Of a DNA stretch of 64,000 nucleotides, positions 29,368-38,184 are shown piece by piece. The stretch is from an uncultured Aliarcobacter sp. (GTDB lineage: Bacteria > Campylobacterota > Campylobacteria > Campylobacterales > Arcobacteraceae), in contig OY781945.1 of assembly GCA_963677435.1 (NCBI GenBank), positions 1,760,001 through 1,824,000 on the forward strand, read 5' to 3'. Both the position numbers and the translations under genes were made by a program. The notes below the pieces were generated by a model. The model ran no database searches, had not been told where the DNA came from, and was given only the letters and a program-made list of their open reading frames with translations. Numbering within the stretch: the first letter of the stretch is position 1; each line of letters starts with the position of its first letter.

Positions 29368-30864
29368 TTATTCTCCTATTTTTAATCGGGATTTTAATTG
29401 GGCAAATTTGTTTTTACCAATTCCCTCAATATCTTTTAATTCATCTATACTTTTAAAATATCCATTAGTATCTCTGTATTCAGAAATAATTTTTGATAAC
29501 TTTTTACCAATGCCTTTTATTTTTCTCAAATTTTCTTTATCAATTCTATTTATATCTACTCTCATATCATCAATGTTTCTATCCCAAGATTTAAGCATTT
29601 GCTCATCTATGGCTTCAAGTTCTAATAAATCAGAACTATCTGTAATAATATTGTCTTGAAGATACTCTTGTATTTGTAAAGCTAAATCCTCTTCCATTCC
29701 ATAAAGTGTCATTAAATCAGTTAGTGTTGCTGTATTTAGATTTATTTTGTTTATTTCAAATATTTTCTCTTTTGAATAAACCTTGTTATCCTCTAATTGC
29801 ATACAATCTTCTGCTTTTTGGGGAACATCAGATTCATCTGATAAAAGTGCCAACTCCATTTCATAGGTATCTTTTTTATCATTGATAAAATATTCTCCAT
29901 CATAACTAGCTGTATATTTACTAAATCCAATATGTCTTAATGTTCTTAATAAATTTGAATCAATTTTTCCTAACTCTTCCCAAGAGAATAGGGGAATATG
30001 AGGCTTAGAAAATCTTCCTTTTGAAAAATCCCACATTAAATATTGACAAATCCAATCTCTAATATATGGAAATGCAGCAAAGGCAGTTGCGCACTCTAAT
30101 ATGTAAGCTTTTCCAGTTTTTGCACAAATAGCAATATCACAAGCCCAATATTCAGCTTTTGCAGCTTTTGAGGCTTTTACGGCTAGTTCTAGCGCATTCA
30201 TAGGAACATTTTCATAAGACATTGAACCACCTTGAGAAGTGTTTGTAATCCATTGATTTTTACCTGAATATCTCCAAAAGGCACAAATTGGTTTATGACC
30301 AATAAGCATTACTCTAATATCACCAGAATCTTTTAAATCAATGGCATTTTGAGTATAAATTGGATTATATTTTTTTTCATCAAGAAGTTTTTTTGCTTCT
30401 TTGAAATTATTAGCTTTATGTACAAAATATCCACCATAATTTGATGGTCCATAAGATCTTTTGATGATTTGAGGATAAGAGGCTTTCTCTTTTAAATATT
30501 TGTAACCTTTTTCATTGTTGTAAAATATTTTAGTTTTTGGAATTGCTAAATCAAATTTTTTACAAAATAGGGTAACATTTTCCTTTGATTTATTTGAAAA
30601 TTGAGTTTCAATTGATGGAACAAATCTTACATTTGGCAACTCTTTAGCAATTTCAACAAAAGTTTCATAGGCAGTTGCAGGAATATTTCCAACTAAAACT
30701 TCAATTTTTTTTCTTTTTACCTCTTCAATAAATCTTTTTTTATCATTTTTCCAATGATATGTAACAGATTCAATTTTGTCAGGCCAACCTTTGAAGTTTG
30801 ATTTGTTAAAGAATTGTAATACAAAATCTAAGTATAAAAATCCTATTTTTGGTAACTTTTTCAT
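29368..30864 (-). CDS. RimK-like ATP-grasp protein fused to ComEA-type helix-hairpin-helix repeats
   Basis: IPKT, IIKRSYG, DIRVMLIG, WITNTSQGG, ACDI, YILE; C-terminal INLNTAT and KIKGIGKK / DIEGIGKN. Confidence 0.82.
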   Translation of the reverse strand: MKKLPKIGFLYLDFVLQFFNKSNFKGWPDKIESVTYHWKNDKKRFIEEVKRKKIEVLVGNIPATAYETFVEIAKELPNVRFVPSIETQFSNKSKENVTLFCKKFDLAIPKTKIFYNNEKGYKYLKEKASYPQIIKRSYGPSNYGGYFVHKANNFKEAKKLLDEKKYNPIYTQNAIDLKDSGDIRVMLIGHKPICAFWRYSGKNQWITNTSQGGSMSYENVPMNALELAVKASKAAKAEYWACDIAICAKTGKAYILECATAFAAFPYIRDWICQYLMWDFSKGRFSKPHIPLFSWEELGKIDSNLLRTLRHIGFSKYTASYDGEYFINDKKDTYEMELALLSDESDVPQKAEDCMQLEDNKVYSKEKIFEINKINLNTATLTDLMTLYGMEEDLALQIQEYLQDNIITDSSDLLELEAIDEQMLKSWDRNIDDMRVDINRIDKENLRKIKGIGKKLSKIISEYRDTNGYFKSIDELKDIEGIGKNKFAQLKSRLKIGE

Positions 30865-31790
30865 TTTTCATTTTCCTTTTTAATAGTTTTTCTATCTATT
30901 AAATCAACGATTAAATCTATTTTTTTATCGTTAAAATTTAAGCCCATTTTTTCTTGTTCAGGCGTTGCAAAAGCAGGAATACCATTTACTTCTAAAACTA
31001 TATATTCCTCTTTTTTTCTATCAAAAATAATATCAACACCAGCAATATCTAATCCTAAAGTTTTACTAGCTTTAATTGCAAGATTTACTATCTCATCATT
31101 TGCTTCTCTTAAAAATACACTTCCACCACTTGTAACATTTGTTTTCCAATGTCCAGTTGCTGCCTTTCTTCCATAACAAGCAACATATTGTCCATCCACA
31201 ATATCTACTCTATAATCTGTGTTATCATAATCAACATATTTTTCCACATAAAAATGTTTAAGATTTATTTGGCTTAAAAAAGGAATTAACATATTTAATG
31301 CTTCTTCATTTTCAATCTTTGTAACTCCAATTCCTCCCCAACCATCAACAGGTTTATATACCATTTTCTCCCATTTTTTCATGATAGTATTTAATCTATG
31401 AGTATCATTGCTGTGGCAAAGTTTATAATCGGCTGTTCTTATTCCATGTTTTCGTAAATAAAATGAAGTTTGAAATTTGTCTTCACTTAATTCAAAGGCT
31501 TCATAAGAGTTAATCATTGGAATGATTCTATTTAATGCTTTGTATAAATAGACTTGATAAGGAGTTTGTTCTCCTGCGTTGTAAGAAAAAAACAGGTCTA
31601 ATTTATCAAGTTTTACATTTTTATCTTTCATTTCATAAATAATATGACCATTTTTTGCAATAGCATTTTTTAAATTTACATTTGCAAGAACATCTATATC
31701 TCTTTCTTTTAATAACTTAATCATCTTTTTTTGGATTTGTTCTCCACCACTATTTTGATATAACCACATACCAATATTTCTTTTTGCCAC
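30861..31790 (-). CDS. RimK-family ATP-grasp amide ligase
   Basis: DKF, KPVDGWGG, DYRV, WKTNVTSGG, AGVDI, LEVNGIPAF. Confidence 0.9.
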   Translation of the reverse strand: MAKRNIGMWLYQNSGGEQIQKKMIKLLKERDIDVLANVNLKNAIAKNGHIIYEMKDKNVKLDKLDLFFSYNAGEQTPYQVYLYKALNRIIPMINSYEAFELSEDKFQTSFYLRKHGIRTADYKLCHSNDTHRLNTIMKKWEKMVYKPVDGWGGIGVTKIENEEALNMLIPFLSQINLKHFYVEKYVDYDNTDYRVDIVDGQYVACYGRKAATGHWKTNVTSGGSVFLREANDEIVNLAIKASKTLGLDIAGVDIIFDRKKEEYIVLEVNGIPAFATPEQEKMGLNFNDKKIDLIVDLIDRKTIKKENEK

Positions 31791-31802
31791 TTTGTCCCCT
31801 TT

Positions 31803-32897
31803 TTATGAATTTTTTTGAAAATGATTTAAGATTTTTGTCATCAGCTCTATTCTTGACTCAAAACTACTTTTTAAAGCTCTCTCTTTTATAGTGTGATCAC
31901 CATCACCAAAAGGCCCAAAACCATCAAGCGTAGTTACTCCACAACTTGCAACTATATTTGCATCACTAACACCACCTCTTTTTTCAGTTAAGATTTTAGA
32001 GTTTGTGATAGTTTCTAACTCTTTTATTAGTTCTAGTTGTTTTTCATTTTCTTGCATTACATCTCTTTGGATTGAGCCAGTAAGAGTTGAGATAGTTCCA
32101 CTAACATAAGAAGTATTTGTGATTTTATTTAAGGCGTTTAAAACTCTTATTTTTTCATCATTTGTTGTGTATCTGATTTCTAAAAGTAGTTCACATTTTG
32201 GAGAGATTGTATTTGCGCCAATTCCTCCATTTATTTTTCCAACATTTACAGTTGTTTGAAGTTCTAAATTTGTAAGTTTTACTAATTCTTGAAGTTTATA
32301 ACTTGCTTCCAAGTTTGCATCAATTCCTTTGTCATAATGATTTCCAGCATGGGCTGCCAAGCCATCAATTGTAATTGTAAAAGTTCCAACACCTTTTCTT
32401 TGGGTTACAACTTCCATGTTTCTTCCTGCTGCTTCAAATACAAAACAGTAGTCATAATTTGGTGCAAGTAAAGCTGTTATCTCTTTTGAATCATCACTTC
32501 CTGTTTCTTCATCGGAAACTAATAAAAAATCTATATTACATATTTCATTATTTTTTTTGTGTATATTTCTTAAAGCTTGAAGGGTAACAATATTTCCTCC
32601 TTTCATATCACAAACACCTGGTCCATAAACCCATTTTTCATCTTGAAAAAATCCCTCAAAACTGTTTGGTGGAAAAACAGTATCATTGTGACCTAGGAGT
32701 AAGATTTTTTTTCCAGATTTTTTAGAGGAGGAGAATAGCAGATGATTACCTATTTGCTCTTTTTCATAGCTTGTTAATTTAAAGCCTAATTCTTCTAGCC
32801 ATTTAGACATTATAGAGCCAACTTCATCTACACCTTGTTTATTTTTTGTATATGAGTTGATGTTAATTATTTTTTCTAAATCGTTTAAATAATCCAT
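31803..32897 (-). CDS. M20 metallopeptidase (glutamate carboxypeptidase-like)
   Basis: GHNDT, GPGVCDMKGG, DEETGS, FEAAG, AHAG, GGVSDAN, DGDH. Confidence 0.88.
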   Translation of the reverse strand: MDYLNDLEKIININSYTKNKQGVDEVGSIMSKWLEELGFKLTSYEKEQIGNHLLFSSSKKSGKKILLLGHNDTVFPPNSFEGFFQDEKWVYGPGVCDMKGGNIVTLQALRNIHKKNNEICNIDFLLVSDEETGSDDSKEITALLAPNYDYCFVFEAAGRNMEVVTQRKGVGTFTITIDGLAAHAGNHYDKGIDANLEASYKLQELVKLTNLELQTTVNVGKINGGIGANTISPKCELLLEIRYTTNDEKIRVLNALNKITNTSYVSGTISTLTGSIQRDVMQENEKQLELIKELETITNSKILTEKRGGVSDANIVASCGVTTLDGFGPFGDGDHTIKERALKSSFESRIELMTKILNHFQKNS

Positions 32898-32922
32898 GAT
32901 TCATCCATTAGTAAGGTGAACA

Positions 32923-32972
32923 ATTCTATTTATTAAAGATTACATTTAAGAGACAATTACAGTTGAGTTACA
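32923..32972 (-). promoter_or_regulatory. Promoter of the M20/ATP-grasp/M14 operon with two 11-bp-phased TGTAAY pairs
   Basis: Minus strand reads TGTAAC-N5-TGTAAT-TGTCTC-N5-TGTAAT-N10-TAGAAT. Confidence 0.45.
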
Positions 32973-33019
32973 ATTAAATAAGAGTGAAAAATAAGGGAAG
33001 TAAAGAGGTTTTTTAATAT

Positions 33020-33038
33020 AAGGTGGAAAATCCACCTT
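33020..33038 (-). terminator. Terminator hairpin after argG
   Basis: AAGGTGGA-aaa-TCCACCTT. Confidence 0.6.
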
Positions 33039-33042
33039 AATA

Positions 33043-34284
33043 TTAGTTTCTGTTTTGGTTTTTACCCGCGATGATAAATCTTAAAGCATTTAATCTAATA
33101 AATCCTTCAGCATCTTTTTGGTTATAAACTTCATCTTTTTCAAAAGTTGAATAAGCATCATTGTACAGTGATTTTATAGAATCTCTACCAATTACTGTAA
33201 CATTCCCTTTATAAAGTTTAATTTTAACAGTTCCTTCAACATGTTTTTGAGTTGCATCAATAGCAGCTTGAAGCATTTCTCTCTCAGGAGAGAACCAATA
33301 TCCTTGGTAAATTAACTTAGCATATCTTGGCATTAACTCATCTTTTAAGTGAGCAGCTTCTCTATCTAAACAAATAGATTCAATTGCTCTGTGAGCTTTT
33401 AACATGATAGTTCCACCTGGAGTTTCATAACAACCACGAGCCTTCATACCAACATATCTATTTTCAACAATATCAGCTCTTCCGATACCATTTCTATTTC
33501 CATACTCATTTAATTTAGTAAGTAATGTAGCTGGTGACATTTCAACACCATCAATAGCAACTGGATCACCATTTTTGTATGTTATAGTTAAATATTCAGG
33601 AACATCAGGAGCTTTTTCAGGTGCAGTTGTCCATAACCACATAGACTCTTCTGGTTCATTATTTGGATTTTCTAAATGTAAACCTTCATAAGAGATATGT
33701 AACAGGTTAGCATCCATTGAATATGGGCTAATTTTTGGATTACCATTTTCATCAACATGTTTTTGAGCAATTTCAATACCATTTTTTTTAGCATATGCAA
33801 GTAAGCTTTCTCTTGAATTTAATTCCCATTCTCTCCAAGGAGCAATAACTTTAATATCAGGTCTTAATGCTAAGGCACCTAACTCAAATCTTACTTGGTC
33901 ATTTCCTTTTCCAGTTGCTCCATGACTTACAGCTTCTGCTCCTGTTTGGTTTGCAATATCAATTAATTTTTTTGCAATTAAAGGACGTGCAATTGAAGTT
34001 CCAAGTAAATACTCACCTTCATAAATTGCATTTGCTCTAAACATAGGGAAAACATAATCTTTTACAAACTCTTCTTTAATATCTAAAATGAAAACATTTT
34101 CAGGTTTAATACCACAAGCTATTGCTTTAGTACGTGCTGGTTCAACTTCTTCACCTTGACCTAAATCAGCTGTGAAAGTGATAACTTCAGCGTTATATTC
34201 ATCTTGAAGCCATTTTAAAATAATAGAAGTATCAAGACCTCCACTATACGCTAAAACTACTTTTTTAATATCTTTTTTACTCAT
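33043..34284 (-). CDS. argG: Argininosuccinate synthase
   Basis: [36 protein letters not shown]. Confidence 0.97.
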   Translation of the reverse strand: MSKKDIKKVVLAYSGGLDTSIILKWLQDEYNAEVITFTADLGQGEEVEPARTKAIACGIKPENVFILDIKEEFVKDYVFPMFRANAIYEGEYLLGTSIARPLIAKKLIDIANQTGAEAVSHGATGKGNDQVRFELGALALRPDIKVIAPWREWELNSRESLLAYAKKNGIEIAQKHVDENGNPKISPYSMDANLLHISYEGLHLENPNNEPEESMWLWTTAPEKAPDVPEYLTITYKNGDPVAIDGVEMSPATLLTKLNEYGNRNGIGRADIVENRYVGMKARGCYETPGGTIMLKAHRAIESICLDREAAHLKDELMPRYAKLIYQGYWFSPEREMLQAAIDATQKHVEGTVKIKLYKGNVTVIGRDSIKSLYNDAYSTFEKDEVYNQKDAEGFIRLNALRFIIAGKNQNRN

Positions 34285-34475
34285 AAATCTATCCTATGGT
34301 TACATTATTTTTAAGGGTATTATTCTAACGAAAATAAGTTGTAATTCAACTAAAGTTCTCAAAACTATAAGTTGTTTGTAGTCTAAATGTAATTAATCAA
34401 AAGATAAAAATAAAAAATATTTATATAGTTTATACTAAAACACTCATTTAGTTAATTTTAGTTATAATCTATGTC

Positions 34476-34724
34476 ATGAGAATAGATAAATTTTTAAATG
34501 CCGTTAATATTACAAAACGAAGAGCAGTAGCTGAGGATATGCTTGAACACAAAGTTGTTTTTATAAATGACCAAGCTGTTAAAAAAGCAAAAGAGGTAAA
34601 GGTTGGAGACACAATAGAGATTAGGTATTTAGAAAAAACTGAAAAATTCAAAGTATTACAAATACCGACTAATAAGTCAACTCCAAAATCAAAAATTGAT
34701 GAATATGTACAAAGGATCGACTAA
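34476..34724 (+). CDS. S4-domain RNA-binding protein (Hsp15/RqcP-like)
   Basis: MRIDKFL...KRRAVA...VKVGDTI. Confidence 0.88.
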   Translation: MRIDKFLNAVNITKRRAVAEDMLEHKVVFINDQAVKKAKEVKVGDTIEIRYLEKTEKFKVLQIPTNKSTPKSKIDEYVQRID

Positions 34725-35708
34725 ATGTTTAATGCAGCTAAATTAAAATTTGATGATATTTTTGAAAACAGATTATCTCAAGAAGAAATAAGAGAATATT
34801 TACTTGAACTTTACGAAAGAGGCGAAACAGCAGCTGAGATTGCAGGCGCAGCAAGTGCTATGAGAGATCATTATATTCCTCTTCCAATTCATGAAGACTT
34901 AAGAGAAAAAGCTATTGATGTTGTGGGAACGGGTGGAGATAAAAGTTATAGTTTTAATATTTCAAGTACAGTTTCTATCTTATTAGCAGCTTGTGGATGT
35001 TATGTTGCAAAACATGGAAATAGAAGTGTTACAAGTAAATCTGGAAGTGCTGATATGCTTGAAGTTTTGGGAATTAATCTTAATTTAGATTTACAAAGCA
35101 CTGCTAAAATGTTAGAAGATACAGGTTTCGCTTTTATGTTTGCCAATAATCATCATCCTGCAATGAAATATATTACACCAGTTAGAAAAACAATTCCACA
35201 TAGAACTATTATGAATATTTTAGGCCCTTTATGTAATCCAGCAGGTGTTACAAAACAAGTAATTGGAGTATTTGATAAAGATTATATAAATAGAATTGCA
35301 GCTGCTCTTGATATGCTTGATACAAAAAGAGCGATGATTTTGTCATCAAATGATGGAATGGATGAGATTTCAGTTTCAGATATAACTTATGCAACACTTT
35401 TAATAAATGGGAAAATTACAGATATTGAAATAAATCCAGAAAACTATGGTATTCCAATTGCTTCTAAAGACGATATTATTGGTGAAGGTCCTGAGTATAA
35501 TGCAAAACTTACAAGAGATATTTTATCAAAAAAAATAGTTGGTGCAAAACTTGATATTGTTTTATTAAATACAGCAGCAGCCTTAATTATTGATGAAAAA
35601 GCAAGAGATTTTAAAGATGGTATTGATATGGCAAGAGAAGCCATAATCAGTGGTGCAGCAAAAGAAAAATTAGAACAAATTATAAAAGTTTCTAATCAAT
35701 TAAGTTAG
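34725..35708 (+). CDS. trpD: Anthranilate phosphoribosyltransferase
   Basis: DVVGTGGD, NISS, KHGNRS, SGSAD, DGMDE. Confidence 0.95.
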   Translation: MFNAAKLKFDDIFENRLSQEEIREYLLELYERGETAAEIAGAASAMRDHYIPLPIHEDLREKAIDVVGTGGDKSYSFNISSTVSILLAACGCYVAKHGNRSVTSKSGSADMLEVLGINLNLDLQSTAKMLEDTGFAFMFANNHHPAMKYITPVRKTIPHRTIMNILGPLCNPAGVTKQVIGVFDKDYINRIAAALDMLDTKRAMILSSNDGMDEISVSDITYATLLINGKITDIEINPENYGIPIASKDDIIGEGPEYNAKLTRDILSKKIVGAKLDIVLLNTAAALIIDEKARDFKDGIDMAREAIISGAAKEKLEQIIKVSNQLS

Positions 35709-35717
35709 GATTTTTTT

Positions 35718-36134
35718 TTGCAAAAAGAGTTTGAATTAGAATTAAATCAACTTGATATTTTAGTAAAAGAGTTGATTAATAGTATAAATAATGAAGATAG
35801 TATAATCATTTTAAGAGGTGATTTAGCAAGTGGTAAAACAACTCTTGTTAAAAATTATGTAAAAGCTTTGGGTTTAAATGACTTAGTTACATCTCCTACT
35901 TTTTCATTACAAGCTATTTATTCAAATGATATTTTTCATTATGATGTTTATAATAAAACTTTAGGTGAATTTATATCATTAGGAATGCTTGAAGAGTTTG
36001 AAAAAAAAGGTGTTCACTTTGTAGAGTGGGGTGATGAAAAACTTGAAGAAATTCTTAATGATTATGGATATAAAGTGATTTTACTTGAAATAGAAAAAAA
36101 AGATAATAGAAGGCTATATAAAATAAATGCATAA
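35718..36134 (+). CDS. tsaE: tRNA threonylcarbamoyladenosine biosynthesis ATPase TsaE
   Basis: GDLASGKTT, SPTFS, HYDVY, VEWG. Confidence 0.92.
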   Translation: MQKEFELELNQLDILVKELINSINNEDSIIILRGDLASGKTTLVKNYVKALGLNDLVTSPTFSLQAIYSNDIFHYDVYNKTLGEFISLGMLEEFEKKGVHFVEWGDEKLEEILNDYGYKVILLEIEKKDNRRLYKINA

Positions 36135-36849
36135 ACTACATATAAAAGATATAACAAAAACTATCAAAAAAACTCAAATACTTCATGGTATTTCACTTGA
36201 AGTGAAATCAGGGGAAATAGTTGGATTATTAGGTCCAAATGGTGCTGGAAAAACAACTACATTTTATACTGTTTGTGGTTTAGTAAAACCAACAGCAGGA
36301 AATGTTTTTTTTGATGAAGAAGATATTACAGCCTTACCTTTACATAAAAGAGCTTTAAAAGGAATTGGTTATTTACCACAAGAATCATCTATTTTTAAAG
36401 ATTTATCTGTTGAAGATAATCTAATGCTTGCAGCTCAAATTATTACAGATGATAAAGAAGAACAAATTAGAAGAGTAGAAGAGTTACTTGAACTTTTTAA
36501 TATTGAACCAATTCGTCAAAGACAAGGGGTTTCCCTATCGGGTGGAGAGAGAAGAAGAACTGAAATTGCACGGGCTTTAATTTCTCAACCAAAATTTTTA
36601 CTTCTTGATGAGCCATTTGCAGGAGTTGATCCAATTGCTGTAAAAGATATTCAAGAAATAATTCATCAATTAACTAAAATAAATATTGGAGTTTTAATAA
36701 CAGATCATAATGTAAGAGAAACTTTACAAATTTGTGATAGAGCATATGTTATGAAATCTGGAACTTTATTAGCTAGTGGAACAAGTGAAGAGATTAGAAA
36801 CGATGTTAAAGTACGAGAGCACTATTTAGGTGAAGATTTTAACTTTTAG
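36127..36849 (+). CDS. lptB: LPS export ABC ATPase LptB
   Basis: GPNGAGKTT, YLPQESSIF, LSGGERRR, DEPFAGVDP, TDHNVRE. Confidence 0.96.
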   Translation: MHKLHIKDITKTIKKTQILHGISLEVKSGEIVGLLGPNGAGKTTTFYTVCGLVKPTAGNVFFDEEDITALPLHKRALKGIGYLPQESSIFKDLSVEDNLMLAAQIITDDKEEQIRRVEELLELFNIEPIRQRQGVSLSGGERRRTEIARALISQPKFLLLDEPFAGVDPIAVKDIQEIIHQLTKINIGVLITDHNVRETLQICDRAYVMKSGTLLASGTSEEIRNDVKVREHYLGEDFNF

Positions 36850-36864
36850 TCAAATAAAGTAGTT

Positions 36865-38184
36865 TTATGAAACTACTTTATTTTTCCCTGTTTTTTTTGC
36901 TTCATATAGAAGTTTATCACATTTTGAAATAAATTTAGTTTCATCATCATCTTCTAAAAATTGAGAAACTCCAAAACTAGATGTTATATTTAAATTGTGA
37001 CTTGTAAAGATATGTTCACTTATAGCTATTCTGATTTTTGAAGCAACAGCACTTGCTCCTTCTAAATTTGTTTGAGGTAAAAGTATTAAAAATTCTTCTC
37101 CTCCCCATCTTACATTTATATCTTGTTCTCTAACGTTGTTTAAAGTGATTTTTGAAATTTCTTTTAAAACTTCATCTCCTGTTTGATGACCATAGTTATC
37201 ATTAACTAATTTAAAATCATCAATATCAAACATAATTATTGATAAATCATTATTATATCTTCGTGCTCTTTTTATCTCTTTTGTATAAATTTCATCAAAT
37301 CTATTTCTATTAAATAATCCTGTTAATTTATCATGGCTTGCTTGGTATTCTAATAAATTAGCTTTTTCTTTTAATTTTGTTATATCAGTTAATGAAAACA
37401 CATAATAATCTTCTTTATTTTCATAATAATCAACATTAATTGCAAAAATTTTCTCTTCATCTAAAGAACTTTTTATTTTAACAATTCTATCTATTTCATG
37501 TAAATTTCTTATATAACTTATCCAAGAATCTTGTTCAATTATTTTCTCTTTAGTAATAAATCCAAACTCTTCTTCAAAGAAATCAAAAATATTTTTTTCA
37601 CCATTTACAAACTTATCAAAGTCTGATATTCCGAAGAAATCAAGAAATTTTTTGTTTACATTTGTGATTTTTTCTTTGTTTGTAACAATTATAATATTAT
37701 CTTGCGCATCTAAAATAGATTTTATTTTAGAAATTTCTTGTTCTATCTTACTTTCTAATGACAGATTTAATTCAATTAGTTTCTTTTTTAAAACGATTGG
37801 TTCCATAGCTTTTATAATACTTTCTATTAATTGATATAAATCAATAGGTTTCATAGCATATGTACTAACTCCAATTTCAATTGATTTTTTGAAAAAATTA
37901 GTATCATTATGTGCACTTGTAATTACAAGAGGTATGTCATTATTTATTTTTTTTATAGCTTCACACATAGATAAACCATCCATTTTAGGCATATTTATAT
38001 CTGAAACTATTAAATCAATATCATCTTTATTTTCTTTAAAAATTTCTAAACCCTCAAGTCCATCACTTGCTACATATACTTTTCTTAATAAAGAACTTAA
38101 TAACTTTGAAGTAAATTCTCTAACATCATTTTCATCTTCTACATATAAAACAGAGATAGTTTTTAAAATCTCTTTATTCATCAT
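36865..38184 (-). CDS. Receiver-GGDEF diguanylate cyclase; start likely 38184
   Basis: REC (VEDE, DINMP, KP); intact GGEEF with RxxD I-site (REQD); GGAG RBS before the ATG. Confidence 0.9.
   Translation of the reverse strand: MMNKEILKTISVLYVEDENDVREFTSKLLSSLLRKVYVASDGLEGLEIFKENKDDIDLIVSDINMPKMDGLSMCEAIKKINNDIPLVITSAHNDTNFFKKSIEIGVSTYAMKPIDLYQLIESIIKAMEPIVLKKKLIELNLSLESKIEQEISKIKSILDAQDNIIIVTNKEKITNVNKKFLDFFGISDFDKFVNGEKNIFDFFEEEFGFITKEKIIEQDSWISYIRNLHEIDRIVKIKSSLDEEKIFAINVDYYENKEDYYVFSLTDITKLKEKANLLEYQASHDKLTGLFNRNRFDEIYTKEIKRARRYNNDLSIIMFDIDDFKLVNDNYGHQTGDEVLKEISKITLNNVREQDINVRWGGEEFLILLPQTNLEGASAVASKIRIAISEHIFTSHNLNITSSFGVSQFLEDDDETKFISKCDKLLYEAKKTGKNKVVS

Noticed and set aside
29368..29780. 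Stand-alone comEA competence gene
   Set aside because: The HhH repeats are in frame with the ATP-grasp domain and have no signal or membrane anchor
26778..32972. Graspetide (microviridin-type) RiPP cluster
   Set aside because: No precursor peptide ORF or exporter is visible next to the two ATP-grasp genes
30861..34284. LysW/ArgX-type arginine or lysine pathway (RimK ligase plus M20 beside argG)
   Set aside because: No LysW carrier, kinase, reductase or aminotransferase is present, and argG has its own terminator separating it from the operon
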